Position numbers and translations under genes: made by a program | From: Macrostomum hystrix | Lineage: Eukaryota > Animalia > Platyhelminthes | Reading direction: 5' to 3' | Assembly: GCA_950097015.1 (NCBI GenBank) | Contig: CATNEN010000039.1 | Span: 12,772,001 to 12,836,000, forward strand | Length of the DNA: 64,000 nucleotides | Shown: piece after piece, positions 24,313 to 37,194 of the stretch | Layout: every line of letters begins with the position of its first letter | How positions within the stretch are numbered: position 1 is the stretch's first letter | The notes under the pieces: generated by a model | What the model was told of the DNA's origin: nothing | What the model saw: the letters and a program-made list of their open reading frames with translations, nothing else | The model's database searches: none

Positions 24313-25693
24313 TGTATACATCGAACATACACATTGCCTGTCAATCAGGCTGTACGCTGATATTGCCGTGTGACACATTTTTATTGGCTACTTGAATGTA
24401 CCTGCTATGTACGTACATGATGTACGCACAAGCTTGTGACACTGGCACAAGATCTGATTAATTATTTTATCAATAGTCAGCCATTAATTAAACTGGGGTC
24501 TGCCCAATGTGCCCAATGTACCCAATGTTTATTAACTAACTCTCAGCGAATAAGACTCCCGCAGCCCCTATTGGCCAGGCACTTCACCTGTGCAAAATGA
24601 GGATATATATTAAAAAGCTAGGTATTTTTTACGGCCTCGCAATCAAGAGCATTCAAAGTAAATCTGAGGGGATCTATTAGCATTGATAAATGCGGGGGGA
24701 CTATTGTTACAGATCCTAAGCGCTCAATCGGATATTGATATATGTATCAACGGGAACAAAAGTCTTAGTTTTTAATTGGGCTCTTCAGTAAGTTTTTTAC
24801 TTATCAAGTTTCTGCGGGCTGTCTTTCATAGATGGAAGTCTGACAATTATTCATATAAATGGCGCCCTAGTGTAATAATTGCTTAGATATTTTGCTAATA
24901 TGGATTCACCATAGTTTATATAGAGCAGTGTTAGTTGTCCTTGTCACCAGGGTTATCGATTGGAATCGCGGAATATCTCGGCGATGCTGGCGTCGGACGG
25001 CTTTGAAAGTTAGTTCATCGTAAAGGGTGGAAGATTTTGGTTCAAGAAAATCGGTCCTTGTTCTGCATGGGCCGATGATACATAACACATCACCGTTCTT
25101 TACCTGATCCCGTTTGCACCTAGAAATCATATAACACGAATTGATTATATCTGTGCCAATCAATATATTTCTCAGCTCAAACTGTGTGAGTACAAACTGC
25201 CCGGCAGTTTGAGCACAGCTAGGAGCCATGGGCCTGTGTGAGCAATGGGCCACATTGTGAGTGGAACAGCTCCAGTTTGCGACTGGTTTAAGAGCCACTA
25301 ACTGTATACTGGACACTTGAGCACGCTCTTGTCCTAGACTCAATCAGCTGTGGGAACTGCTTCATCCCAGATCCCACAGCAATCAACTCTTGATCTCAGC
25401 CAGCGGCCTCCCCAACTCCTCCGCCACTTCAGTTAAGAATGGGACCGCGGTGGATTCCAGCTTTGCCAATATTCCAGCCTGACCAGCAGCTTCCACTTGT
25501 CAGTCACTCCGACGGCTTCGAGGCGAGCGACTGGGCGACTGCCGATTTCCAGAGAAGCCAGCCGACCATTGATTGTTAAACTGTATCGACTGGGAACTGC
25601 AACTGAGTCCTTCAGTATCCCGCTCTAGTATAGTGGGATTCGCCGCCAAGGGACTCACTTGATGCAGCAACTGCCCTCAATGCTGCTTGTTCT

Positions 25694-26295
25694 ACCCTTG
25701 CCTCTTCTCTTCCCCTGACTCTCCTCTCCCCTGACTCTCCCCTCTCCCTGACTCTCCTCTCCCCTGACTCTCCTCTCCCTGACTCTCCTCTCCCCTGACT
25801 CTCCCCTCTCCCTGACTCTCCTCTCCCCTGACTCTCCTCTCCCTGACTCTCCTCTCCCTGACTCTCCTCTCCCTGACTCTCCTCTGCCCTGGCTCTCCTC
25901 CCCCTGACTCTCCTCTGCCCTGACTCTCCTCTCCCCTGACTCTCCTCCCCCTGACTCTCCTCTGCCCTGACTCTCCTCCCCTGACTCTCCTCTCCCCTGA
26001 CTCTCCTCTGCCCTGACTCTCCTCCCCCTGACTCTCCTCTCCCCTGACTCTCCTCCCCTGACTCTCCTCCCCCTGACTCTCCTCTGCCCTGACTCTCCTC
26101 CCCTGACTCTCCTCCCCCTGACTCTCCTCCCCTGACTCTCCTCCCCTGACTCTCCTCCCCTGACTCTCCTCCCCTGACTCTCCTCCCCTGACTCTCCTCC
26201 CCTGACTCTCCTCCCCTGACTCTCCTCCCCTGACTCTCCTCCCCTGACTCTCCTCCCCTGACTCTCCTCCCCTGACTCTCATCTCCCTGACTTTC
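25694..26295. repeat. 15-18-bp pyrimidine-rich array
   Basis: Unit CCTGACTCTCCTCCC and length variants. Confidence 0.95.
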
Positions 26296-26867
26296 CTCAG
26301 CAGTTTTTCATATTTTCAGACAATGAGAGCAATACATAAATGACAGTTGTAGTGCGTACAAACACGACTCTAGACTACCTGAAATGAGTGCTCAGTCTCG
26401 CACTGTTCCACACGAAGCGAATGAATTGGTAGATTAATAAATCAAGCACAGGTTTATATGTGGACGATCATTGGGCAAATTTTGCTAATGGGTCTTTATT
26501 AAATTATCCCCACTTTGCTACAGGACACATTCAAGTTGCTATCTGACTTGGACACTGAAATCTGCTATTGCTGCTGAAACACTAACAAAATTGTGCTCAA
26601 TTGTGCTCAAAATCCTTGCTCCTGTCAATCAGCTTGTGGGCATTTTGGGAAATTTTGACTCTAAGCCGGTGTGAGTCAGCAAATCCCTGCGTGCTGGCAT
26701 TGTCTGTCAGATATTGCCCGCCTTTTAGAGGTGTCTGTGTATGCAACTCCATGTCTTTTATCGCTAATTTGGGGTTGTGTGTCCTGAATTTCTGTTTCCT
26801 GAAACCTTGAATGATCTGAGTCACCATAATAGATCTGTCAAACAATTGAATCTGCTTGTGACTGGCA

Positions 26868-27383
26868 TCCTTTTGTTGTGGCTGTCATCCCTTTTTTGTG
26901 GCTGTCATCCTTCTGTTCTGGCTGTCATCCTTCTGTTTAGGCTGTCATCCTTCTGTTTAGGCTGTCATCCTTCTGTTTAGGCTGTCATCCTTCTGTTTCG
27001 GCTGTAATCATTTTGTTGTGGCTGTCATCCTTCTGTTTAGGCTGTAATCATTTTGTTGTGGCTGTCATCCTTCTGTTTAGGCTGTAATCCTTTTGTTTAG
27101 GCTGTCATCCTTCTGTTTAGGCTGTCATCCTTCTGTTTAGGCTGTCATCCTTCTGTTTAGGCTGTCATCCTTCTGTTTAGGCTGTCATCCTTCTGTTTCG
27201 GCTGTAATCATTTTGTAGTGGCTGTCATCCTTCTGTTTAGGCTGTAATCATTTTGTTGTGGCTGTCATCCTTCTGTTTAGGCTGTCATCCTTCTGTTTAG
27301 GCTGTCATCCTATGTTTAGGCTGTCATCCTTCTGTTTAGGCTGTCATCCTTCTGTTTAGGCTGTCATCCTTCTGTTTCGGCTA
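26868..27383. repeat. 20-bp tandem array
   Basis: Unit GCTGTCATCCTTCTGTTTAG. Confidence 0.95.
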
Positions 27384-27874
27384 TGAAAGGTAAAAACACA
27401 ATGAGCAGAATCGCTGAGGTGAGAAATCACTTTAGTGATTGCACGACTTCAAGAGTGAAATTTGGAGAGACCTCACTAGGTCTATGGGGTGGCCGCGGTA
27501 TTTTTTGAGGCCTCTTGAGTCACCCACCCCAAACCCTCCCGCTCCAGGCGGCCCGCCGGGGGCCCAGGTGGAGGCGAGAAGTTGCAAATTTTTATTCACG
27601 AGAGCCTCAGCTCTCAGCAGCCACTTCAACCGTCGACACCCTCAGCAGCGGCTGGTGTCCTGGACCTTCTTTGCCTCAGAATGTTATGCAAATTGGTTTT
27701 CGCTTCCAAGAAAATACCGATGCAAGTTTTTTTGGCGCATTCGCTTCTTTGGCGCTGGCTTTTCTAACGCGGTGGAGAAAAGTAATTAACAATGCGGTAT
27801 GGAGTGCCCAGTGGCAAGCTATTGATGAAGCACAGCTTTTAATTATAAGCTCAGCTGGGATGCCCTAGGCAGGT

Positions 27875-28760
27875 CATGTCAGGAGCCATAAATCAGGTCT
27901 GTCAGGAGCCATGAATCAGGCCTGTCAGGAGCCATAAATCAGGTCTGTCAGGAGCCATAAATCAGGTCTGTCAGGAGCCATAAATCAGGTCTGTCAGGAG
28001 CCATAAATCAGGTCTGTCAGGAGCCATAAATCAGGCCTGTCAGGAGCCATAAATCAGGCCTGTCAGGAGCCATGAATCAGGTCTGTCAGGAGCCATAAAT
28101 CAGGCCTGTCAGGAGCCATAAATCAGGTCTGTCAGGAGCCATGAATCAGGCCTGTCAGGAGCCATAAATCAGGCCTGTCAGGAGCCATGAATCAGGTCTG
28201 TCAGGAGCCATAAATCAGGTCTGTCAGGAGCCATAAATCAGGCCTGTCAGGAGCCATAAATCAGGCCTGTCAGGAGCCATGAATCAGGTCTGTCAGGAGC
28301 CATAAATCAGGTCTGTCAGGAGCCATAAATCAGGCCTGTCAGGAGCCATAAATCAGGCCTGTCAGGAGCCATGAATCAGGTCTGTCAGGAGCCATGAATC
28401 AGGTCTGTCAGGAGCCATAAATCAGGCCTGTCAGGAGCCATGAATCAGGTCTGTCAGGAGCCATGAATCAGATCTGTCAGGAGCCATAAATCAGGCCTGT
28501 CAGGAGCCATGAATCAGGTCTGTCAGGAGCCATAAATCAGGCCTGTCAGGAGCCATGAATCAGGTCTGTCAGGAGCCATGAATCAGGTCTGTCAGGAGCC
28601 ATGAATCAGGTCTGTCAGGAGCCATGAATCAGGTCTGTCAGGAGCCATGAATCAGGTCTGTCAGGTAGTCATAAATTAGGCCTGTCAGGTGCAATCAATC
28701 AGGCCTGTCAGGTGCAATCAATCAGGCCTGTCAGGTGCAATCAATCAGGCCTGTCAGGTG
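27875..28760. repeat. 23-bp tandem array
   Basis: Unit GTCAGGAGCCATRAATCAGGYCT. Confidence 0.97.
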
Positions 28761-29231
28761 TCATAAAAAAGTACTTTTGTGCAGCAATTTGGTACTTTGA
28801 ATGCTTTTCAGAATTGAAATAGGTTTATTTTCAATTGACAGATGAATATCCTGAGGGCTGAAAACTTTGTGGACAAAGAAAGTCACGAAACAAAGTCCGA
28901 CGCGCCCACAGCGGACCTGTCAATCAATCGGTTGTGTGAAAAATTCTGAGGAAGATCAAATCAAATCTGATCAAAAGCTGCAACTAAAAAATAAATCTGA
29001 GTGAATTAGAAAGTTGGAAACAATGGTCGGTCAGTAACCCCGTCCTCGAGTGTTAATCCTGTGCCTAATCCGCTTGGATCCCAGCAATGATTATAGCTAT
29101 ATCGGCTCGTGTGCCAATCACTCTAAATAGCTTTTGTATTTTAAAGTAATTTTGCTTTAATCACTGACCATATACGAGTATTTAGGCATAAACTGCCTAG
29201 CTGATCCAGAGAAATCACTGCGAAATCTGAA

Positions 29232-29792
29232 AGAGGAGAGGAGAGACAAGGAGAAGTAATGGGAGGAGAGGAGAGGAGAGGAGAGGAGAGGAGAGGAGAC
29301 GAGAGGAGAGGAGAGGAGAGGAGAGGAGAGGAGAGGAGAGGTGAGGAGAGGAGAGGAGACGAGAGGAGAGGAGAGGAGAGGAGAGGAGAGGAGAGGAGAG
29401 GTGAGGAGAGGAGAGGAGAGGTGAGGAGAGGAGAGGAGAGGAGAGGAGAGGAGAGGGGAGGAGAGGAGAGGAGAGGGGAGGAGAGGAGAGGAGAGGAGAG
29501 GAGAGGAGAGGTGAGGAGAGGAGAGGAGAGGTGAGGAGAGGAGAGGAGAGGAGAGGAGAGGAGAGGAGAGGAGAGGAGAGGGGAGGAGAGGAGAGGAGAG
29601 GGGAGGAGAGGAGAGGAGAGGAGAGGAGAGGAGACGAGAGGAGAGGAGAGGAGAGGAGAGGTGAGGAGAGGAGAGGAGAGGGGAGGAGAGGAGAGGAGAG
29701 GAGCGGGGAGGAGAGGAGAGGGGAGGAGAGGAGAGGAGAGGAGCGGGGAGGAGAGGAGAGGGAGGAGAGGAGAGGAGAGGAGCGGGGAGGAG
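29232..29792. repeat. (GAGAG)n pentamer microsatellite
   Basis: Continuous GAGAGGAGAG tract. Confidence 0.97.
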
Positions 29793-30600
29793 ATTAACCC
29801 AAATCGTGTGAATCTGTTCAGCAAATTTTCTAAAATGTTCCCAAACTGAGGTGAATGGCATGTAAAATGCAGTAGTTTAGCATAGCGGGCATCAACATTC
29901 AGCGGCTTGAGTGGTGACATTTAATTAAACTCTAAAGTGGTCAAATATTCTTGACTAACGCCAACGCCGCCCTTAATTAGGAATTGGCATCTCGATACTT
30001 TGACACTTCATAATAAAAATGAATCCCTACAAAGATTCCCAAGTGCTTCAACTTCCCTCTTCCACTTCGGATTGTGAAATGTCGCTTCGACTTCACAACA
30101 ATGACCTGAAACTTCCTTGACTTTGCTGGGGTGTTCAGGCTAAAAATAGAAACGAGACGACCTGCATGGAGGACCTTCCCGTAGACAGGGCGACTCCACA
30201 CCCTTGCTCAGAACTCCGAGGCCTGTGAGTACTGGCGGGCCTCTTAAAACGGCACTCAACGAGCAGACCTGTCCCCAAATCTACTGGCGGTCAGGCAGCT
30301 TGGTTACACATATAAGAAACAGTTGGCAAGTTGGGAAAAAGCACTTGACAGTATTGGGGGGCTGGTTGCTGTGCGGACCCGCCATTGAGTTCTTGCAGTG
30401 CCTGCTGTCTATGCAGTGTCATTGTGCTGGCAATGCCTAGGCATGTGAGAGCTTTTTATGGCATAACAGCTGACTATGGCCTGCTTTGTTAAGCTATATG
30501 AATGCATTTGCCATGCTTTAATAAGGAGTATTGCTTGCTTGCTAAATAAATAATTGCAGAATGAATCTGCGAGCGGAGACGTGATTACTCACACTTTCGC

Positions 30601-31110
30601 TCAGGGTGAGATGGGACAGGGTGGGATGGGACAGGGTGAGATGAGACAGGGTGAGATGGGACAGGGTGGGATGGGACAGGGTGGGATGGGACAGGGTGAG
30701 ATGGGACAGGGTGAGATGGGACAGGGTGAGATGGGACAGGGTGAGATGGGACAGGGTGAGATGGGACAGGGTGAGATGGGACAGGGTGGGATGGGACAGG
30801 GTGAGATGGGACAGGGTGAGATGGGACAGGGTGAGATGGGACAGGGTGGGATGGGACAGGGTGGGATGGGACAGGGTGAGATGGGACAGGGTGAGATGGG
30901 ACAGGGTGAGATGAGACAGGGTGAGATGGGACAGGGTGAGATGGGACAGGGTGAGATGGGACAGGGTGAGATAGGACATGGTGAGATGGGACAGGGTGAG
31001 ATGGGACATGGTGAGAAGGGACAGGGTGGGATGGGACAGGGTGAGATGGGACAGGGTGAGATGGGACAGGGTGAGATGGGACAGGGTGAGATGGGTCAGG
31101 TTGGGATGAG
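30601..31110. repeat. 15-bp G-rich tandem array
   Basis: Unit ACAGGGTGAGATGGG. Confidence 0.97.
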
Positions 31111-31358
31111 ATTGGATAGGAAAAATTTAGTAATCTCTAGCAAATAATTGTCTGTAGAGTGTCACTGATGTCACAGCTCGAGAGAGAAATTCATTTTTCT
31201 TAGGCTTGTTCATGTTTACAAGCAGAATTTGCTAAGAAAAGAAGAATGGATTTTAGAGTTTAAGAGCAAAAGTGCAGTCGCTTTATGAAATGTTTAACAA
31301 GCAAATAGAGCAAAACGAATCGGCAAATTTTTTAATTCAAATAAAATAATCGAACAGC

Positions 31359-31364
31359 TTTATT
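31359..31364 (-). terminator. Candidate polyadenylation signal of the Nkx2.1 gene
   Basis: AATAAA on the minus strand about 570 nt after the stop, followed by U-rich sequence. Confidence 0.4.
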
Positions 31365-31559
31365 TGCCGAATAAGTTATAAATAACAGACTGTATAGTTG
31401 TAACACCATTCAGACAACTTAACAAAAGTAAGTTTTTATCTTTCGCCAGTGTTTGGCAAAAAAACTGAAACATTGAGATAAAATATAAAATAAACAAAAC
31501 AAAAAATGTACTTGCATTCTAAAAAGTGCAGAAAGTGCATAATGTAAACAAACTTAAAG

Positions 31560-31871
31560 AAGTGAGGAGAGGAGAGGAGAGGAGAGGAGAGGACCAGAGT
31601 AGAGAAGAGGAGAGGAGAGTAGAAAAGTGGAGAGGAGAGGAGAGGAGAGGAGAGGAGAGGAGAGGAGAGGAGAGGAGAGGAGAGGAGAGGAGAGGAGAGG
31701 AGAGGACCAGAGGAGAGAAGAGGAGAGGAGAGGAGATGAGAGGAGAGGACAGGAGAGGAGAGGAGAGGAGAGGTGAGGAGAGGAGAGGTGAGGAGAGGAA
31801 AGGAGAGGTGAGGAGAGGAGAGGAGAGGAAAGGAGAGGTGAGGAGAGGAAAGGAGAGGTGAGGAGAGGAGG
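31560..31871. repeat. (GAGAG)n pentamer tract, probably inside the Nkx2.1 3' UTR as (CUCCU)n
   Basis: The tract begins about 65 nt downstream of the Nkx stop codon. Confidence 0.93.
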
Positions 31872-31934
31872 GCGTCAAAACGCAGGCGTTCTGAAGTTTC
31901 AAGGCGGCTGAAGAGCTGTTGAAATCCTCTGACA

Positions 31935-33867
31935 TCACCACACCCCCTGTCGAGCACCGATAATGAACCCAGGCGGAGGTGCAGCTGGGTGCTGGTGATG
32001 ATGCTGCTGATACTGGGCATGATGATGATGGTACTGCTGCTGGGACATCATGTGGTGATGGTGCTGCGATAGTGCCGCTGCGGCTGCGGCTGCCGCCTGC
32101 TGATTCTGGTGCTGCTGGTGTTGATAATGGTGCTGATGAGAATTCTGATGCGATGCGAAGTCCTGAGCAGCAGCTGCGGCTGCGGCAGCAGCAGCGGCAG
32201 CAGCAGCGGCAGCAGCGCCAGAGCCGTCATCAGCTGCGGGATGTCCTTGATGATGCTGGAAGGGATAATGATGAAGATGCTGCGACTGCGGCATCTGCAG
32301 GTGCTGCTGATGCTGATGAACATTTGGCTTGACGTCAGCCTTCAGCGATTGACTAGATCCGCCGCTAACGTTTGACTCCTTCGAGCTGTTGAGCGCATCG
32401 TGACCTCCTCCACCGTTGCCGCCGCCAGTTTTGTCCTTCGAAGCTCGCTTGCACTTGTAGCGATGATTTTGAAACCAGATTTTCACCTGCGGCAAGCGGA
32501 AGAGTGCATTTTCCAGAAGGCTGCTCTGATTTTACTTCACTGATACTATATAGAAATTAGTATTATTGCTCACCTGAGTAGGAGTTAGGCTAATCACCTG
32601 GGCCAGGTGCTCCCGCTCCGGAGCGGACAGGTACTTCTGCTGCTTGAACCGGCGTTCCAGCTCGTACACCTGTGCCTGCGTGAACAGCACTCGCCGCTTG
32701 CGTCTCTGCGACATCGGGAACTGCAGCCCCGCGCCAATTCCTGACTTCGACTGCCCCTGAGGCTGCTGATGATCGTAGACTCCGCCTAAGCCGCCTGGGA
32801 TGCCCATGCTTAATGAGGCCGACATTGAGCCATAGCTGATTGTGGCAGCTGCCGATCCCGCTGCCGACCCCATCAGACGCGACACTTAATTGGCATGCGG
32901 GTTTTTATTGCGAAATTTTAGTGGCCCTGTACGACTTTCTGCCGCTGCAGAGCCCGACACAATAACCTCAGACACCCTCCGCCCATTCTCAGACACCCTC
33001 CGCCTAATCTCAGACACCCTCCGCCCATTCTCAAACACCCTCCGCCCATTCTCAGACACCCTCCATCAACTCTCAGACACTCTCCGCCATTCTAAGACAC
33101 CCTCCGCCAAGCCTAAGACACTCTCCGCCAAGCCTAAGACACCCTCCGCCCAGCCTAAGACACCCTCCGCCAAGCCTAAGACACCCTCCGCCAAGCCTAA
33201 GACACCCTCCGCCAAGCCTAAGACACCCTCCGCCAAGCCTAAGACAACCTCCGCCAAGCCTAAGACACCCTCCGCCAAGCCTAAGACACCCTCCGCCAAG
33301 CCTAAGACAACCTCCGTCAACTCTCAGACACCCTCAGCCCCGCCTAAGACACCATCCATCCAGCCAAAGACACCCTCCGCCCAGCCCAAGACACCCTCGT
33401 TCGTCGTCTCCCCAGCTCCATCACTCACTGGTGGCGAAGCGCGGGTCAGCAGAGGCCGCCGCAGCGGCTGCTGCCGCCGCAGGCGCAGACACGGCAGCCG
33501 CAGCGGCCGCCTGCTGATACCAGGAGCTGGCGCCAAGCTGATGTCGAGCATCGGCGTAAGATGCAAAATCGGCTGACGGTGCTGCTGAAGCAGATCCGCC
33601 GCCGCCGCCGCCGTACTGCGCCAGGTAAGGACTCGCTGATGCGGAGTACATGGCAGTCATGACGCCACACGGCCTGTCTGTTGATCCCGTGGCAGCTGAA
33701 TCGGCAGCCTCCGCCACCGATGCCGCCGGCTGCTGCTGTTGCTGCTGCAGCGGAAGCGCCGCAGTCGCGCTGTTCAGAAGAATGTCGCTAACCCGAAACG
33801 CCGAGTGCTGATTTGGATTGCCGCTGCCGCTGTCGACGCTGAAGTCCTGACGGGCGCTGAGCGACAT
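31935..33867 (-). CDS. NKX2-1: NK2.1-class homeobox transcription factor (Nkx2.1/scarecrow ortholog), about 433 aa. Exons: 33867-33429, 32884-32574, 32486-31935
   Basis: TN/eh1 motif [10 protein letters not shown]; the segment SWY...ADPRFATMSRLMG spans exons 1-2. Homeodomain [58 protein letters not shown] with Tyr54; C-terminal Trp. GT-AG phases are consistent (1302 nt). Confidence 0.93.
32965..33400. repeat. 21-bp tandem array in Nkx2.1 intron 1
   Basis: Unit AGACACCCTCCGCCAAGCCTA. Confidence 0.93.
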
Positions 33868-34149
33868 GAGAGGCCTCGAGACCGTCGAGCAATATTTTAG
33901 TCGAGTGGCCTCAAGCACTGAGCACTCAGAAGCTACTCAACGAGTTGTGTTAATTTAGAGAACTAGTCAGCTAGATCAGTCCAAATCGCATAAGGATCTC
34001 TCAACTCAACTTTTTCTCACTTCACACTTTACACAAAAGCGCTGAAAGGGGCAGGCAGCAAGCTTCTCTTATTCGAGTGGCTCCGTTGAAGTGAGGTGAG
34101 GAAGGAGAGCGGCAAGGAGCCAGAGCCAGCCAAGCCACTAACGCAGGGG

Positions 34150-34222
34150 TTCCGCAGCCAATCAGCCCAAATCGCGGCCAATGAGAGGAGACCAAATCGA
34201 ATGGCTCAGTTTGATTGGCTGG
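34150..34222 (-). promoter_or_regulatory. CCAAT-box cluster, putative Nkx2.1 proximal promoter
   Basis: AGCCAATCAG, GGCCAATGAG and the reverse-orientation GATTGGCT occur within 70 bp, about 300 bp upstream of the ATG. Confidence 0.55.
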
Positions 34223-34384
34223 CTTGCTGGCAAGGGAGAGAGGAACAGCAGGGAGGCATTGAGTCGATTATAAATTTATTTCCCTTGTTAATATTCTAGG
34301 AAATTTTGATCCTCTCAGCTACAGATTTTTATAAATACTTTTCTACCCTGCATCACTCCTTTTCGATTACATCTCATCCACTGC

Positions 34385-34561
34385 CTGACTCTCTTCTCCC
34401 ACTGACTCTCTTCTCCCACTGACTCTCTTCTCCCACTGACTCTCCTCTCCCACTGACTCTCTTCTCCCACTGACTCTCTTCTCCCACTGACTCTCTTCTC
34501 CCACTGACTCTCCTCTCCCACTGACTCTCTTCTCCCACTGACTCTCTTCTCCCACTGACTG
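34385..34561. repeat. 17-bp tandem array
   Basis: Unit ACTGACTCTCTTCTCCC. Confidence 0.93.
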
Positions 34562-34669
34562 AAAAAATGCGCGAAATATCGTCAATTGCAATTAACTACA
34601 TTCTTTTAATTGCTGGCCTCGTGCATTCGTGCAGCATTCAATATAAGCTCGGTGGGCAGATGAGCTAGG

Positions 34670-35280
34670 GATGTGGGATGTGGAATGGGGAGATGAGGAA
34701 TGGGGAGATGAGGAATGGGGAGATGAGGAATGGGGAGATGAGGATTTGGGCGATGAGGAATGGGGAGATGAGGATTGGGGAGATGAGGAATGGGGAGATG
34801 AGGAATGGGGAGATGAGGAATAGGGAGATGAGGAATGGGAAGATGAGAAATAGTGAGATGAGGATTTGGGCGATGAGGAATGGGGAGATGAGGAATAGGG
34901 AGATGAGGAATGGGGAGATGAGGAATAGGGAGATGAGGAATGGGAAGATGAGAAATAGTGAGATGAGGATTTGGGCGATGAGGAATGGGGAGATGAGGAA
35001 TAGGGAGATGAGGAATGGGGAGATGAGGAATAGGGAGATGAGGAATGGGAAGATGAGAAATGGTGAGATGAGGATTTGGGCGATGAGGAATGGGGAGATG
35101 AGGATTTGGGCGATGAGGAATGGGGAGATGAGGATTTGGGCGATGAGGAATGGGGAGATGAGGAATGGGGAGATGAGGAATAGGGAGATGAGGAATGGGG
35201 AGATGAGAAATGGTGAGATGAGGAATGGGAAGATGAGAAATGGTGAGATGAGGATTTGGGCGATGAGGAATGGGGAGATA
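34670..35280. repeat. 15-bp array (GAGGAATGGGGAGAT)
   Basis: Tandem unit with variant repeats; inverted partner of 35980-36682. Confidence 0.95.
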
Positions 35281-35979
35281 AGTACTGGGGGGATTCCGTA
35301 TTCAGTGGATGAGTTACTTGAGTCTCCTTAGTTTTCACAAAACTTAAAAATTTCGAAAATCTAGTTCCAGTGAAGAAAATTTTACTGGAACGGGTTAGTC
35401 ACTCAGCAAGGTTATCAAGTATTTGGTATTAATATTAGCTAAATCACTGCATTGCATAATACCCTGTAACAGCCTTCATCAAATATTTGTCGACTTGCTT
35501 AATGAGCCGTGGCATTGTTTGAGGGCTCGCAGATACATAGAGCTGAAAGACAAATATTTAGCACACAGTTTCAAATCTACATGAACCTTGCTTTATATAT
35601 TAGCTAAGCGGGCCTTAGAGACTAAACTGTATTGAGCCAGCAAATAATCTCCTCATTTTTAGCTCAATTCTGATTTTCATCCGCTAGTCCTGATGAGTCT
35701 GAGCACACATTTTATTGCTCGGCCGACTTATTGAATATTTGAGAAGCAGGAAATGCCCCTTGGGACACAGATTAACCAATGAGGGACAGCAGGCATTTCT
35801 CCCAGGTTTCATGCTCGCGTATCCTGTGTCTCCCCTCCACAATTCTCCTTCCTCTGCCGTTTATCCATGATTATTGAAGTCCTATTCCTTTTCTCCTCAT
35901 ATCCCAGCTTACAATCCTTATGTCCCAGCCAACTCCCTATCAGCCATGTGTCATGCCCTTTCTTTAACTCTACATTTGA

Positions 35980-36682
35980 CATTCCTCATCTCCCCAATCC
36001 TCATCTCCCTATTCCTCATCTCCCTATTCCTCATCTCCCCAATCCTCATCTCCCTATTCCTCATCTCCCCATTCCTCATCGCCCAAATCCTCATCTCCCC
36101 ATTCCTTATCTCCCCATTCCTCATCTCCCAATTCCTTATCTCACCATTCCTTATCTCCCCATTCCTCATCTCCCAATTCCTTATCTCCCAATTCCTTATC
36201 TCCCCATTCCTAATTTCTCCATTCCTTATATCTCAATTCCTTATCTCCCCATTCCTCATCATCCCATTCCTTATTTCTCCATTCCTTATATCTCAATTCC
36301 TTATCTCCCCATTCCTCATCTCCCAATTCCTTATCTCACCATTCCTTATCTCCCCATTCCTCATCTCCCAATTCCTTATCTCCCAATTCCTTATCTCCCC
36401 ATTCCTAATTTCTCCATTCCTTATATCTCAATTCCTTATCTCCCCATTCCTCATCATCCCATTCCTTATTTCTCCATTCCTTATATCTCAATTCCTTATC
36501 TCCCCATTCCTCATCTCCCAATTCCTTATCTCACCATTCCTTATCTCCCCATTCCTCATCTCCCAATTCCTTATCTCCCCATTCCTCATCATCCCATTCC
36601 TTATTTCTCCATTCCTTATATCTCAATTCCTTATCTCCCCATTCCTCATCATCCCATTCCTTATCTCGCCATTCCTCATCTC
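35980..36682. repeat. 15-bp array (ATTCCTYATCTCCCC) with 195-bp higher-order repeat
   Basis: Reverse complement of the 34670 unit; the variant TAATTTCTCC recurs at 36211 and 36406. Confidence 0.95.
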
Positions 36683-37194
36683 CAGTCATCACTGTTGAGG
36701 CCATGAACTGATAGTTGTTTAGTTAATTCCAAATTAAAAAGCCATAAAAACTTCCATTCGCTCGCACAGTCAGGAGCAGGTGTGTTCGGCAGACTATACG
36801 CTCGAAGCTCTGGAGGGCATTGGGGATAGGAGAACTAACTCAATTGTTGGTTGACGCCACTTATTCGTCTGTCTCGCGTGTGCGGGCAGATCCTTATTAA
36901 AAACCGATGTCTGAAAAGGCCTCAGACATGCAGAGCGATCAAAGCTGCAATTCCAGACTCACCCCCATTGGCCGAGCCGATTGAGCAGGTGGTCCGCGCT
37001 GAGCTGCTCAAGGGCTATCTTGGATCTATGCTGGATTGCCGCCATCTGGCAGTGACCGCAGCCCTGCCCCAAGCTACATGTAATACAACCTGAATTTAAC
37101 CGCGCCTACATCTGTGGCCCAACTCAAATAGTTGACACTGGGTAAAATATTTGTGTGACCCCTTCAGGTCTCTATCAACCATCTAATAATACCC

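Noticed and set aside
29861-30308. Solo LTR (TGTAA...TTACA)
   Set aside because: Only a 5-bp inverted end, with no matching TSD and no second copy in the window.
35690-35730. Hammerhead ribozyme (CTGATGAG plus stem)
   Set aside because: The stem is followed by GACT rather than GAAA, and no stems I/III or NUH site were found.
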